Assembly (NCBI GenBank): GCA_963844875.1
Contig: CAWJPZ010000005.1
Location: 24,681 to 88,680, forward strand
Length of the DNA: 64,000 nt
Direction of reading: 5' to 3'
Source: an uncultured Acidobacteriota bacterium
GTDB taxonomy: Bacteria > Acidobacteriota > Vicinamibacteria > Vicinamibacterales > Fen-181
The notes under the pieces are model-generated. The model saw only the letters and a program-made list of their open reading frames with translations, did not search any database and was not told the DNA's origin. The number at the start of each line of letters is the position of its first letter. Positions within the stretch are counted from its first letter, which is position 1. A program made the translations under genes and the position numbers. This document shows, one piece after another, positions 38,530-50,600 of this stretch.

Positions 38530-40203
38530 ATGACACGATCGTTCGCTCGGTTCCTGACGGTGGCGGCGGCCGGCTGCGCGCTGGCCGCCTGCGTCGGCGC
38601 GTCCTCCTCGGCTCCCAAGGCCCCCGAGGCCGTGCCGTTCCCGGCCATCGACGGCAACGCCGTCCTGGCGCACACGAAGATCCTCGCCTCCGACGCGTAC
38701 GAAGGCCGCGCGCCCGGGACGCACGGCGAGGAGGTCACGGTGGCTTACATCACCGACCAGTTCAGGAAGGCGGGTTTGAAGCCCGGCAACCCCGACGGCA
38801 GCTACGTCCAGAAGGTGCCGATGGTCGGCATCGTCACCGACCAGAAGGCCGTGCTCTCGTTCCGGCGCGGCGCAACGGAGCAGAAGCTCGCCTGGCGCGA
38901 CGACTTCGTGGCCTGGACCAAGCGCGTCGCGGACACGGTGACGGTGGACAAGTCGGACGTCGTGTTCGTCGGCTACGGCGTGCAGGCGCCCGAATTCAAC
39001 TGGGACGACTACAAGGGCGTCGACCTCAAAGGCAAGACGATGATCGTGCTGGTGGGCGACCCGCCGGTGACCGACCCGGCCAACCCCGGCGAACTGGACC
39101 CGAAGGTCTTCGGCGGGAAGGCGATGACCTACTACGGGCGGTGGACCTACAAGTACGAGATGGGGCAGAAGATGGGGGCCGCCGCCGTGCTCATCGTCCA
39201 CGAGACGGGGCCGGCCGGGTATCCGTTTGCGGTGGTGCAGGGGAAGATCGCCGAGCAGTTCAGCCTGGTGGCGCCCGACAAGAACATGAGCCGGGCCGCC
39301 GTGGAGGGCTGGATCACCTTCGAGCAGGCGAAGAAGCTGTTCGCCGCCGCGGGCAAGGACTTCGACGCGGCGAAGAAGGCCGCGCTCACGGCGGCGTTCA
39401 CACCGGTGCCGCTCGGCGCCTCCGCGTCCGTCACGCTGCGCAACACCATCCGCGGCATCGACTCGCACAACGTCGTGGGGAAGATCGAGGGAAGCGACCC
39501 GGCTCTCAAGAACGAGTACGTCATCTACACGTCCCACTGGGACCACTTCGGCATCGGGGTGCCCGTCAACGGCGACAAGGTGTACCACGGGGCCGTCGAC
39601 AACGCGACGGGTATTGGCGGCATGATCGAACTCGGCCGCGCGTTCGCGAAGATGCCGACGGCGCCGAAGCGGTCGATCCTGATGCTGGCCGTGACGGCCG
39701 AGGAGCAGGGATTGCTGGGATCCGGCTACTACGCGGCGAACCCGCTGTACCCCCTCGAGAAGACGGCGGGCGTCGTCAACATGGACGCGCTGAACGTCTA
39801 CGGCAAGACCAGGGACATCACGATCACCGGGCTGGGGAACTCGGAACTCGACGACTACGCGACGAAGGTTGCCGCGGAACAGGGGCGCGTGATCCGTCCC
39901 GACCCGGAGCCCGAGAAGGGCGGCTTCTTCCGTTCCGACCACTTCCCGTTTGCCCAGAAGGGCGTGCCGGCGCTGGCGAGCGGCGGCGGGATCGACTACG
40001 TCGGCAAGGACCCCGGCTGGGGACGCGCCAAGAGCGACGCCTACACCGCGAACGACTACCACAAGCCGTCCGACAACGTCCGGCCGGACTGGGACATGAG
40101 CGGCGCCGTGCAGGACCTCCAGTATTTCTGGATGGTCGGTTACCGGCTGGCGCAGGCCGACCGGTTCCCGGAGTGGAAGGCGGGATCGGGGTTCAAGCGG
40201 TAG
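38530..40203 (+). CDS. M28 family aminopeptidase with PA domain (lipoprotein)
   Basis: It has the lipobox AAGCALAAC and the M28 metal-ligand blocks HWDHFG, GAVDNATG, AVTAEEQGLLGS and FFRSDHFPF. Confidence 0.85.
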   Translation: MTRSFARFLTVAAAGCALAACVGASSSAPKAPEAVPFPAIDGNAVLAHTKILASDAYEGRAPGTHGEEVTVAYITDQFRKAGLKPGNPDGSYVQKVPMVGIVTDQKAVLSFRRGATEQKLAWRDDFVAWTKRVADTVTVDKSDVVFVGYGVQAPEFNWDDYKGVDLKGKTMIVLVGDPPVTDPANPGELDPKVFGGKAMTYYGRWTYKYEMGQKMGAAAVLIVHETGPAGYPFAVVQGKIAEQFSLVAPDKNMSRAAVEGWITFEQAKKLFAAAGKDFDAAKKAALTAAFTPVPLGASASVTLRNTIRGIDSHNVVGKIEGSDPALKNEYVIYTSHWDHFGIGVPVNGDKVYHGAVDNATGIGGMIELGRAFAKMPTAPKRSILMLAVTAEEQGLLGSGYYAANPLYPLEKTAGVVNMDALNVYGKTRDITITGLGNSELDDYATKVAAEQGRVIRPDPEPEKGGFFRSDHFPFAQKGVPALASGGGIDYVGKDPGWGRAKSDAYTANDYHKPSDNVRPDWDMSGAVQDLQYFWMVGYRLAQADRFPEWKAGSGFKR

Positions 40204-40257
40204 GCAGGGCGGATGGCGGAGGGCGGAGGACGAGCCGGAGGGTGGAGGACGAAGGCC

Positions 40258-41931
<1,674 letters not shown>

Positions 41932-41937
41932 GGACGG

Positions 41938-41982
41938 GGCTCGAGGCTCAGGGCTCAAGGCGCAAGGCTCAGGGCCAGAGCC
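41938..41982. repeat. 7-nt-periodic array GGCTCGA GGCTCAG GGCTCAA GGCGCAA GGCTCAG GGCCAGA
   Basis: It lies directly after the M28 stop at 41931. The heptamer is the reverse complement of the GAGCCCT array at 42266. Confidence 0.8.
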
Positions 41983-42004
41983 GACATCAGGCAGGTTGCT
42001 GCGT

Positions 42005-42010
42005 TACACT
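42005..42010 (+). promoter_or_regulatory. Candidate -10 box TACACT, 7 nt before ATG 42018 (possible leaderless)
   Basis: CCGACA-N18-TACACT-N7-ATG, with no Shine-Dalgarno sequence. Confidence 0.3.
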
Positions 42011-42017
42011 CGCGACG

Positions 42018-42281
42018 ATGGCGTGTTACCGGTACCGGCGTGAAGTGTTGACCGAACTGCTCCGACACGGGGTGCGGCCCACGGACCGCACCCCGCCGTC
42101 TATAGTCAAGTCGTTCGTGAACGACCTGTATCGCTTCGAGATTCGGCGCCTGCGGGACCGGTTGCTGCGCGGCGAGATTCCGAAGCCGTCCTATGCGCAG
42201 CACGTCATCGAGCTCCGGAAGCGCTACCCGATCCTTTCGCTCGACGTGCGCTTCTGGACGGAGGCGAGCCCTGAGCCCTGA
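42018..42281 (+). CDS. Small basic hypothetical protein (87 aa)
   Basis: MACYRYRREVLTELLRHGVRPTDR...; codon usage is high in GC3. The last 5 codons lie inside the GAGCCCT array. I recognise no family. Confidence 0.45.
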   Translation: MACYRYRREVLTELLRHGVRPTDRTPPSIVKSFVNDLYRFEIRRLRDRLLRGEIPKPSYAQHVIELRKRYPILSLDVRFWTEASPEP

Positions 42282-42286
42282 GCCCT
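42266..42286. repeat. (GAGCCCT)x3 heptamer array
   Basis: Three perfect copies span the stop of ORF 42018..42281 and the stop of the convergent tricorn-like gene at 42285. Confidence 0.8.
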
Positions 42287-45200
42287 ATTTCTCGTACCTC
42301 CAGCTCTTCTCCTTCAGCATCTTCATCGCCTCGTCCACGGCGGCCTTCAGTTCGCGGTCGAATCCCTTCAGTTCGTCCTCGGGCGAGTTCTTGACGAAGA
42401 CGTCGGGCGCGACGCCGTAGTTCTCGAGGTTCACGCCGTAGTTGTTCGGCTTCGAGGGGTCCCACGTCACCACCAGCGATCCGGGCGTCCGGATGCTGCC
42501 GCCGTTGATCAGGCCGTACGACCCGGTGGCGATGACCGAGGCGTTGGTCGGGTTGCCCACGATGCGGCCGAGGCCGAGGTCGCGGAAGCCCATGGGGGTC
42601 ACTTCGCTGTCGGATGCGGAGCGCCAGTTGATCAACATCACCTTCGGCCCGACCACCATCGACCGCGGCCGCCGGCCCCACGTGCGCGCGCCCCAGCGGT
42701 TGTTCCAGAACTCGTACGGGCGGCGTTCGAGGATGTCGAGGAGTTCCTGGTCGATGTTGCCGCCGCCGTTGTAGCGGATGTCGACGACCAGCCCCTTCTT
42801 GTTCCAGAATTGGTCGATCTCGTTCTGGAACTTCTTGAGCGACGGCTGGTTCATCGACTGGATGTGCACGTACGCGATCTGGCCGTTGGTGTCCTTGTCC
42901 ACGAACTCGCGGTTCCGTTCCACCCATTCCCCGTACTTCACCTCGGAGAGCGACGCGACCGTCTTGATGCGGACGTCGCGGGCGTCGGTGCCCGCGGCGG
43001 TGCGCGAGATCCTGAACGTCACGTACTCGTTGAGCGGGTCGTTCAGCAGCCGCCAGTAGTTGTCGCCGGCCTTCACCGCTTTCCCGTCGATCGCGAGGAC
43101 GTAGTCGCCGACCTTGATGTCCAGCCACTCCTTGTCGGCCGGGCCCTTCCGGTAGATCCGGCTGATCCTGTAGAGGCCGCCATCGGGCACGAGGTCGAGT
43201 CCCGGCAGGCGCGTCGTGTAGGCGGGCGGGATCTCGCGGCTCGCCGGGCCGCTCACCCCGGTGTGCGACGCGTTGAGCTCGCCAATCATCTCGTTGGCGA
43301 TGTCGTAGACGTCGTCGTTCTCGCCCACGTACTTCAGCAGCGGCTCGTAGGTGGCCTTGACCGCGCCCCAGTCGCGGCCGTGCATCTTCTCGTCGTAGAA
43401 CTGGTAATTCATCACGCGCCAGCACTCGTCGAAGATCTGCTGCCACTCGACGCGGTTGTCCACCTTCACGGTCATCGCGGTGTTGATCTTCGTCTTCTTC
43501 TTCTCGCCCGACAGCTCCATCTGGTAGAGCTCGCCGTCCTGCGTGTAGAAGACCTTCTTCGTGTCGGCCGTCGCCGTCAGCCCTGCAAATGCGCCGTCGG
43601 CCACCCGCTTGCGGTCCTTGCCGTCGGTGCCGACCGAGAAGAGGCCCCGGCCCTTCTCGTCGCTGCTCACGAAGTAGACGAGCCGGCCGTCGGCCGAGAT
43701 GAAGTAGGGGCCGTCCGCCTCGGTGCCCTTCGTCAGCTGGATGGCGCGGCGGTCGATGCCGCCGGCATCGACCTGGATGCCGGCTGGGGCCGGTGCAGGC
43801 GCGGCGTCCTTGCCCTTCTGTTCGGCGCGCGCCTTCCTGGCGCGCTCCTTCACCAGCGGGTCGTCCGGGTCCTCGCGGAGGCGCTCGAGCGACACGATGA
43901 ACAGGTGCATCACGCCGCCGTCGCGCTCCGAGAGGAAGACCAGCTTCCGGCCGTCCGGCGTGAAAGCGGCGCGCCCCTCGGAGAACGGGTTCGGCGTGAC
44001 GTCGTATTCCTTCTTGCCCGCGATGTCGTAGAGATAGACGTCGGCGTTCTGGTCGTCGTCGCGCCGCGTGTAAGCCAGCCACTTGCCGTCCGGCGAGAAG
44101 TTGACCGACTGGAACCCGCCGGCCGGGTTGGCGCGCAGTTCCACGCTGCTGCCGCTGTCGATGTCGGCGGTGAAGAGGCGGTTCGCCGCGACGTACGCAA
44201 GCTGCTTCGAATCAGCCGACCAGCCGCCGAGGTTCTTGAAGGAGGCGTGCGTGGTCAGTTTCCGGCGCGTGCCCGCCTGGCGGTCGAACACCCAGACTTC
44301 CTCTTCCCTGGATTCGTCGGAGGTGTAGGCGACGTAGCGGCCGTTCGGCGAGAAGCTCTCGCGGCGATCGCGCCACGAGGAGGAGGTCACCAGCTGGCGC
44401 TCGCCGAATTCGGGGTCCGTGGGAACGACCAGGATCTCACCGTGAAAGTCGACGGCGGCATAATCGCCGTCGGGCGACGGCGAGAAGCCGTCGATGCGGC
44501 CCTTGGACTGGACGAACTGCACCAGGTTCTCCTTCGGATCGTAATCGAGATCGATCGCCACCTTCCGGGGCGACCCGCCGGGAACGGCGAGCGTCCAGAG
44601 TTCGAACTCGTTCTCGTAGGAGATCGTCTTGCCGTCCGGGCTGATCGACGGGAACTGGACCCCGTCCTGCTTGTGGAAGGTCACCTGCGTCGGCTGCCCG
44701 CCGGTCGGTGCGATCTTCCAGATGTTGAAGATCCCGTCCTTCTCGGAGGAGAAGTAGACCATCCCGTCGGCGCCCCACATCGGGTGAAGGCTCTGCCGCT
44801 TCTCGCGGAACGCCTGCAGGTCGGTTCCTGTCAGCTGGGTGATGGCCTTCGTCTTCAGGTCCTGGACGAAGATGTCGTCCGCCGCGTTGCCCTTGTAGCC
44901 CTTGCGCCAGTAGCGCACCGGGATGCGATTGAAGGCGAGCGCCGATCCGTCCTGCTTGATCATGCCGTTGCTGCCCACGTCGACGGGCAGCGGTTCGGGC
45001 AGGCCCCCTTCGAGTGCGACGCTGTAGAGCGGGCTCCCGAACGGCTGGCCGCTCCGGTTGCTGGCGAAGATGATCCGCTTGCCGTCCGGCGTCCAGTAGA
45101 GGACGGTGTCGGCCGTCGTCAGGAAGGTCAACTGGCGGGCCTCGCCCCCGGCCGCCGGAATGACCCACACGTCGTCGTTGCCCATGCGGTTGCTCGTGAA

Positions 45201-45440
45201 CGCCACCCACTTGCCGTCGGGAGAGAAGCGCGGGAAGGTGTTGCGCGAGACGTGGGCCGTCAGGCGAGCCGGGCGCGCGCCGTCGGCGTCGGCCACCCAC
45301 AGGTCGCCGTGGTACGCGAAGGCCAGCTTGCCGTTCGAGACGTGGGGATACCGGGCGAACTTGATGGGCGCGGCGAGGGCGGCCGTGGCCGCCACCACCG
45401 CGAACAGGCAGACCGCCGTGATCACGAGGCTCTTTCGCAT
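42285..45440 (-). CDS. Tricorn-like protease: TolB/WD40-type beta-propellers, PDZ and a C-terminal S41 peptidase domain
   Basis: The 1051-aa ORF is intact. It has a signal peptide, repeated FSPDGK.. propeller blades, and an S41-type core: a LVVDIRYNGGG block in the nucleophile region, ...LINWRSASDSE.... Confidence 0.85.
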   Translation of the reverse strand: MRKSLVITAVCLFAVVAATAALAAPIKFARYPHVSNGKLAFAYHGDLWVADADGARPARLTAHVSRNTFPRFSPDGKWVAFTSNRMGNDDVWVIPAAGGEARQLTFLTTADTVLYWTPDGKRIIFASNRSGQPFGSPLYSVALEGGLPEPLPVDVGSNGMIKQDGSALAFNRIPVRYWRKGYKGNAADDIFVQDLKTKAITQLTGTDLQAFREKRQSLHPMWGADGMVYFSSEKDGIFNIWKIAPTGGQPTQVTFHKQDGVQFPSISPDGKTISYENEFELWTLAVPGGSPRKVAIDLDYDPKENLVQFVQSKGRIDGFSPSPDGDYAAVDFHGEILVVPTDPEFGERQLVTSSSWRDRRESFSPNGRYVAYTSDESREEEVWVFDRQAGTRRKLTTHASFKNLGGWSADSKQLAYVAANRLFTADIDSGSSVELRANPAGGFQSVNFSPDGKWLAYTRRDDDQNADVYLYDIAGKKEYDVTPNPFSEGRAAFTPDGRKLVFLSERDGGVMHLFIVSLERLREDPDDPLVKERARKARAEQKGKDAAPAPAPAGIQVDAGGIDRRAIQLTKGTEADGPYFISADGRLVYFVSSDEKGRGLFSVGTDGKDRKRVADGAFAGLTATADTKKVFYTQDGELYQMELSGEKKKTKINTAMTVKVDNRVEWQQIFDECWRVMNYQFYDEKMHGRDWGAVKATYEPLLKYVGENDDVYDIANEMIGELNASHTGVSGPASREIPPAYTTRLPGLDLVPDGGLYRISRIYRKGPADKEWLDIKVGDYVLAIDGKAVKAGDNYWRLLNDPLNEYVTFRISRTAAGTDARDVRIKTVASLSEVKYGEWVERNREFVDKDTNGQIAYVHIQSMNQPSLKKFQNEIDQFWNKKGLVVDIRYNGGGNIDQELLDILERRPYEFWNNRWGARTWGRRPRSMVVGPKVMLINWRSASDSEVTPMGFRDLGLGRIVGNPTNASVIATGSYGLINGGSIRTPGSLVVTWDPSKPNNYGVNLENYGVAPDVFVKNSPEDELKGFDRELKAAVDEAMKMLKEKSWRYEK

Positions 45441-45502
45441 TGCGCGCTCCGGAGTGAATGGGGGACGGGGTTGCTGGGACGGGCCGGGATGTTACCTCAG
45501 GG

Positions 45503-45568
45503 CAGCCGAAAGCTGGGAGCCGAAAGCCTCAGCCGGACGCCGGACCGCAAGCCGCAAGCCGAAAGCCT
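45503..45568. repeat. 7-nt-periodic array (AGCCGAA/CCGCAAG type; complement orientation of the GGCTTCG family)
   Basis: CAGCCGA AAGCTGG GAGCCGA AAGCCTC AGCCGGA CGCCGGA CCGCAAG CCGCAAG CCGAAAG CCTG. It lies in a divergent intergenic region and abuts a TAGAAT hexamer. Confidence 0.8.
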
Positions 45569-45569
45569 G

Positions 45570-45575
45570 TAGAAT
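45570..45575 (+). promoter_or_regulatory. Candidate -10 box TAGAAT, 8 nt before ATG 45584 (possible leaderless)
   Basis: ctgTAGAATgccgtcccATG, with no Shine-Dalgarno sequence. Confidence 0.35.
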
Positions 45576-45583
45576 GCCGTCCC

Positions 45584-46237
45584 ATGTTCGATGCGCGGTA
45601 CTTCGCTTACGCGTCCATCTCGGCCCTCCTGGTCATGAGCCCCGGCGCCACCATGGCCGTCGTCATGGAGACCGCCGTGGCCGAGGGGCACGCGGCGGCG
45701 CTCTACACCGTGCTCGGCGTCAACATCGGCAATTCGACGCTGGCGTTCTTGTCGGCCCTCGGCATGTCGTTCGTCTTCACGCACTGGCCGTGGACGCTGC
45801 AGTTCGTCAAGGCCGGCGGCGCCGCCTACCTCAGCTTCCTCGGGTTGCGGGGGCTTTGGCGGATGTGGAGCGGGCCGCCGCCACTTCCGGTCAAGCGAAG
45901 GGACCAGGGGGGGCACGCTTCGGCGACACCGGCAGGCCGGCGAACCGTGCGGGCCGACATCGTCCGCGGCATCACCACCAACCTGCTGAACCCGCCGGTC
46001 ATCCTGTTCTACATGACGTTCCTGCCGCAGTTCATCGGGCCGGGCGACCGCTTCTTCGCGCGGTTCATCGTGCTCGCCGCGACCCACGTTTCGATGAGCC
46101 TCGCCTGGCTGTCGGTCTACGCGGTCGCACTCGGCGCGCTTGCCGAGCGGATGTCGCGCCCGCTCGTGCGGCGCACGCTGGAGGGGGTGACCGGCATCCT
46201 GCTGGTCGGCTTTGGTGTCCGGCTCCTGTTTCGATAA
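45584..46237 (+). CDS. LysE/RhtB family amino-acid exporter
   Basis: About 217 aa. It has the LysE-type N-terminus (...ISALLVMSPGATMAVVM...) and the NLLNPPVILFYMTFLPQF motif. Confidence 0.8.
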   Translation: MFDARYFAYASISALLVMSPGATMAVVMETAVAEGHAAALYTVLGVNIGNSTLAFLSALGMSFVFTHWPWTLQFVKAGGAAYLSFLGLRGLWRMWSGPPPLPVKRRDQGGHASATPAGRRTVRADIVRGITTNLLNPPVILFYMTFLPQFIGPGDRFFARFIVLAATHVSMSLAWLSVYAVALGALAERMSRPLVRRTLEGVTGILLVGFGVRLLFR

Positions 46238-46246
46238 GGCGGCCGC

Positions 46247-47506
46247 ATGTCTTTCACCGTTCGCGTTCTGATTGGCCTGGTGACCGGCCTCGTGATCGGC
46301 ATCGCGGTGTCGGCGAGCGGCGTCGGCTGGATGCTTCGACTGCCGGGGCTCGTGGAGCCGGCCGGCCTGCTGTTCGTCAATGCGATCCGGATGACGGTGA
46401 TCCCGCTCGTCGCCTCCGGGCTGATCGTCGGCGTCGCATCGATGCGCGATGCCCGCGCGGTCGGGCGCCTGGGCGGGCGGTCGCTCGCGGTCTTCGTCGC
46501 CTTCATCGCCGCGGCCACCGCCTTCAGCGCCGCGTGTGCCTACCCGCTCCTCCAGCGCCTGGAAATCGATCCGGTCGTCTCGGCGGCGCTGCGGTCCGGG
46601 GCGGAAGGAGCGGGCAGGAGTGCCGCGGAGGCCGCCCGGCAGCTCCCCTCGTGGTCGCAGTGGCTCGTCGACCTCGTTCCCGTCAATGCCCTGAAGGCCG
46701 CCGCCGACGGCGCCATCCTGCCGCTGATCGTGTTCTCGCTGGCGTTCGGCCTCGCGCTGACCTCCGTCGAAGCGGGGCGGCGGCAAATCGTCGCGGGATT
46801 CTTCCACGGTGTCGCGGAGGCGATGCTCCTGCTCGTCGGCTGGATCCTGAAGCTGACGCCGTTCGGCGTGTTCGCGCTCGCGGTTCCCCTCGGCGCCCGC
46901 ATGGGGGCCTCCGCCGCGGGTGCGCTCGCTTACTACATCGTCCTGCTGTCCCTCATCAGCGGCGCCTTCATCCTGGTCGTGCTCTACCCTGCGGCGATCC
47001 TCGTCGGGCGGGTGCCGCTGCGGCAGCTGGCGCAAGCGGCCGGGCCCGCGCAGGCGGTCGCGTTTTCGTCACGCTCGTCGCTCGCGGCGCTGCCGGCCAC
47101 CATCGAGGGGGCTCGCGCGGTGCTCCGCTGGCCGGAAGAAATGGTGGGGTTCTTCGTCCCGCTGGCCGCTTCGATGTTCAGGGTCGGGGGAGCGATGGCG
47201 CAGACGGTGGCGGTGCTGTTCGTGGCGCGGCTCTACGGCGTCCCGCTCGCCCCCGCGCAGCTCGCCACGATCCTGGTGACCGTCGTCGTCACCTCGTTTA
47301 CCATCCCGGGCATCCCCGCCGGCGCGATCATCACGATGACGCCCGTGCTCGCGTCAGCGGGGGTGCCGGTCGAGGGGATCGGGGTGCTGATGGGGGTGGA
47401 CACCATTCCTGACATGTTCAGGACGCTGGCGAACGTCACCGGGTGGTACGCCGCCGGCAGCGTGGTCCTGAGGCGGCGGGTCAGTGCGCCGCGCCGTGCT
47501 GACTGA
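46247..47506 (+). CDS. Dicarboxylate/amino acid:cation symporter (DAACS/GltP family)
   Basis: 419 aa with DAACS blocks: MTVIPLVASGLIVG, AVAFSSRSSLAALP and MGVDTIPDMFRTLANVTG. Confidence 0.85.
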   Translation: MSFTVRVLIGLVTGLVIGIAVSASGVGWMLRLPGLVEPAGLLFVNAIRMTVIPLVASGLIVGVASMRDARAVGRLGGRSLAVFVAFIAAATAFSAACAYPLLQRLEIDPVVSAALRSGAEGAGRSAAEAARQLPSWSQWLVDLVPVNALKAAADGAILPLIVFSLAFGLALTSVEAGRRQIVAGFFHGVAEAMLLLVGWILKLTPFGVFALAVPLGARMGASAAGALAYYIVLLSLISGAFILVVLYPAAILVGRVPLRQLAQAAGPAQAVAFSSRSSLAALPATIEGARAVLRWPEEMVGFFVPLAASMFRVGGAMAQTVAVLFVARLYGVPLAPAQLATILVTVVVTSFTIPGIPAGAIITMTPVLASAGVPVEGIGVLMGVDTIPDMFRTLANVTGWYAAGSVVLRRRVSAPRRAD

Positions 47507-47630
47507 GCACCCGCTCGAGGCTCCTGCCGACGAGCGACCTGAACCGGTGGTGCGTCGAGCGGTCCTTGCGCACCATATCCCGCCGGGCCGCTCTGATACG
47601 ATGAGGATTCAACTCAGGAGGCATCACCAG

Positions 47631-50600
47631 ATGATTGGTCGTCTACGAACCGTCCTCCCGGGCGCCGCGCTGACGGTGTCGGCCCTGCTCGGTCTGCTGA
47701 CGACGCCGGCAGTCATCTTGGCGCAGGCCGCGGCCCCACCACCTCCGAGGTCGCAGTCCGCGGTTTCCGCCCCGCAGCCGAAGGCGGCCGACACCACGCC
47801 CGTACCGCCCGAGCGGCTGGACCAGTCTCCCAAGAGCATCCCCGAGTTGAAGGGATTGAAGTACCGGGCGCTCGGGCCTTCGCGGGGCGGCCGGGTGGAC
47901 CGCGTCGCCGGCGTGCCCGGCAATCCCCGTGTCTATTACGCCGCCACGGCCGCGAGCGGCCTCTGGAAATCAGGGGACGGCGGCAGCACGTGGAAGCCGA
48001 TTTTCGACGACCAGGCGGTCGCGTCGGCGAGTTCGATCGCCGTCGCGCCGTCCGACCCCAACGTCCTCTACCTCGGAACCGGGGAGGCGAACATCCGCGG
48101 CGACGTCCAGGCGGGCGACGGGATCTACAAGTCCCTCGACGCCGGCAATACGTGGAAGCACGTCTGGGTGCAGGAAGGCCAGATCGGCACGATCATCGTC
48201 CACCCGAAGAACCCCGACATCGCGTTCGCCGCGGTCCTGGGCCGCGCGTTCGGTCCGAACCCCGAGCGCGGCGTCTTCCGGACGCGTGACGGCGGCAGGA
48301 CCTGGCAGCAGGTGCTCAAGAAGGACGCGGATACGGGCGCTTCGGATGTGGCGTTCGATCCGTCGAACCCCAACATCCTCTTCGCGGGACTCTGGCAGGC
48401 GCGCCGCAGCCCTTGGGACCTGGTGTCCGGTGGGCCGGGCAGCGGCCTCTACGTGTCGAGGGACGGCGGAGACACCTGGAAGGCACTGACCGGCAAGGGA
48501 CTGCCGGAGGGCATCTGGGGCAAGGTCGGCGTGGCGGTCGCCCCGACCGACGGCCGGCGTGTCTACGCGCTGATCGAGGCGGCCGAGGGCGGCCTCTACC
48601 GATCGGACGATGGCGGCGAGACGTGGGAGCGGGCGAGCGGCCACCACGCGCTGCGGCAGCGGGCCTGGTACTACTCGACGCTCACCGTGGACCCCGCCAA
48701 CGCGAACGTCGTCTGGTTCCCGCAGGTGCCCATGCTCAAGACGGTGGACGGGGGCCGGACGATCACGGCGGTCAAGGGCATCCACCATGCCGACCACCAC
48801 GACCTCTGGATCGACCCGGCCAACCCGCTTCGCATGATCGACGCGAACGACGGCGGCGTGGACATCACCGTGAACGGCGGCGAGACGTGGTTTGCCCCGC
48901 CGCTGCCCCTCGGCCAGTTCTATCACGTGGCGGTCGACACGCGCGTCCCCTTTCGCCTGTCGGGGGCGCAGCAGGACATAGGGACCGCGGCGGCGCCAAG
49001 CAACAGCCTGAACACTTCCGGGCTCTTGTTGAGCGACTGGTACTCGGTCGGCGGCGGAGAGGCGGGCCACACCGCCCACAACGCGGCGGACCCGCAAATC
49101 ATCTACGCCGGGGAGTACCTCGGCTACATCTCGGCGTACGACGAGCGAACGCGGCAGTCGCGCAACATCAGCGCGTGGCCCGAGAACCCTTCCGGGCACG
49201 GGGCCGAGGACATGCGCTACCGCTTCCAGTGGACGGCGCCCATCGCGCTCTCGCCTCACGACCCGCACGTGCTGTACCACGGTGCGAACGTGCTGTTCCG
49301 GTCGGCCGACGACGGCCGCACCTGGACGGCCATCAGCCCCGACCTGACTCGCAACGACAAGTCGAAGCAGAAATGGGCGGGTGGGCCGATCACGGGCGAC
49401 AACACCGGCGTCGAGACCTACTGCACGATATTCGCGGTGGCGGAGTCCCCGAAGCAGAAAGGGCTGATCTGGGCGGGCAGCGACGACGGCCTCGTGCACG
49501 TCACCCGCGACGGCGGCACGACGTGGACGAACGTGACCGCGGCGATGCCCGGGATGCCGGAATGGGGCACCGTGAGCCTGATCGAGCCCTCGCCCTTCGA
49601 TGCCGGCACCGCCTTCGTGGTGGTCGACGCGCACCGGCTGGACGACACGAAGCCGTACCTGTTCAAGACCGCCGACGTCGGGCGGACGTGGACCAGGCTC
49701 GATGCCAGGCTCGATCGGGCGACTTATCTCCACGCGGTCCGCGAAGATCCTGCCCGAAAGGGCGTGCTCTACGTCGGCACCGAGCGCGGCGTCGTGGCGT
49801 CGCCCGACGCCGGCGCGACGTGGCAGCCGCTCCAGTTGAACATGCCGACGGTGGCCGTGCACGACCTGGTGGTGAAGGACAACTCGCTCGTCGTCGCGAC
49901 GCACGGCCGCTCGTTCTGGATGCTGGACGACCTCGCCGCGGTGCGCGGCATGTCGCCCGAGGTCAGCGCGGCGCCGGCCCACCTGTTTCCGATCACCGAG
50001 GCGATCGAGTGGCGCTACGCTTCCGGCGGCCCCGAGGCGGGCGCGGGCCAGAACCCGCCGCCAGGAGCGGCGATCTACTACTACCTGAAGGAGAAGCCGG
50101 CGGGTGAGGTCACCCTCGAGATCAAGGACCAGGAGGGACGTCTGGTGCGGATGCTGACCTCGAGGCCGAAGACGTTGGACGCGAGCTACGAGTGGGAGGC
50201 CGAGGAAGCCGAGACCGATCCGAAGAAGCCGGACCTCGAGGCGGAGCCCGGCGTGCGCCGCGCGATCTGGGACCTGCGCTGGGCCGGCGCCGAGAAGATC
50301 CCGGGCGGCAAGCTGGACGCGGGCGACCCGAAGGCCGGGCCCCGGGTGCTGCCGGGGACGTACACGGTGACGTTGACCGCGGGAGGCGTGTCGAAGACCG
50401 CGCCGCTGGTGGTCAGGCAGGATCCTCGTGTGACGGTGCCTCCGGCGGACCTCGCGAACCAGGTGTCACTGGCCCTCGCGGTGCGGGACGACGTCACGAA
50501 GCTGACGCGGATGGTCAAGCGGTTGCGAGCGATCTCCAAGCAGGCCAGCGACCGGGTCGCCCTGTTGCAGGCGGACCCGAAAATGGCCGCGCTCTCGAAG

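Noticed and set aside
37075-40062. A 995-aa ORF on the minus strand
   Set aside because: Only its last ~440 aa (the MATE transporter, 37075-38406) look real. The rest is the antisense frame of the plus-strand M28 peptidase gene. It stays open only because of high GC and has Arg/Gly/Pro/His-rich junk composition.
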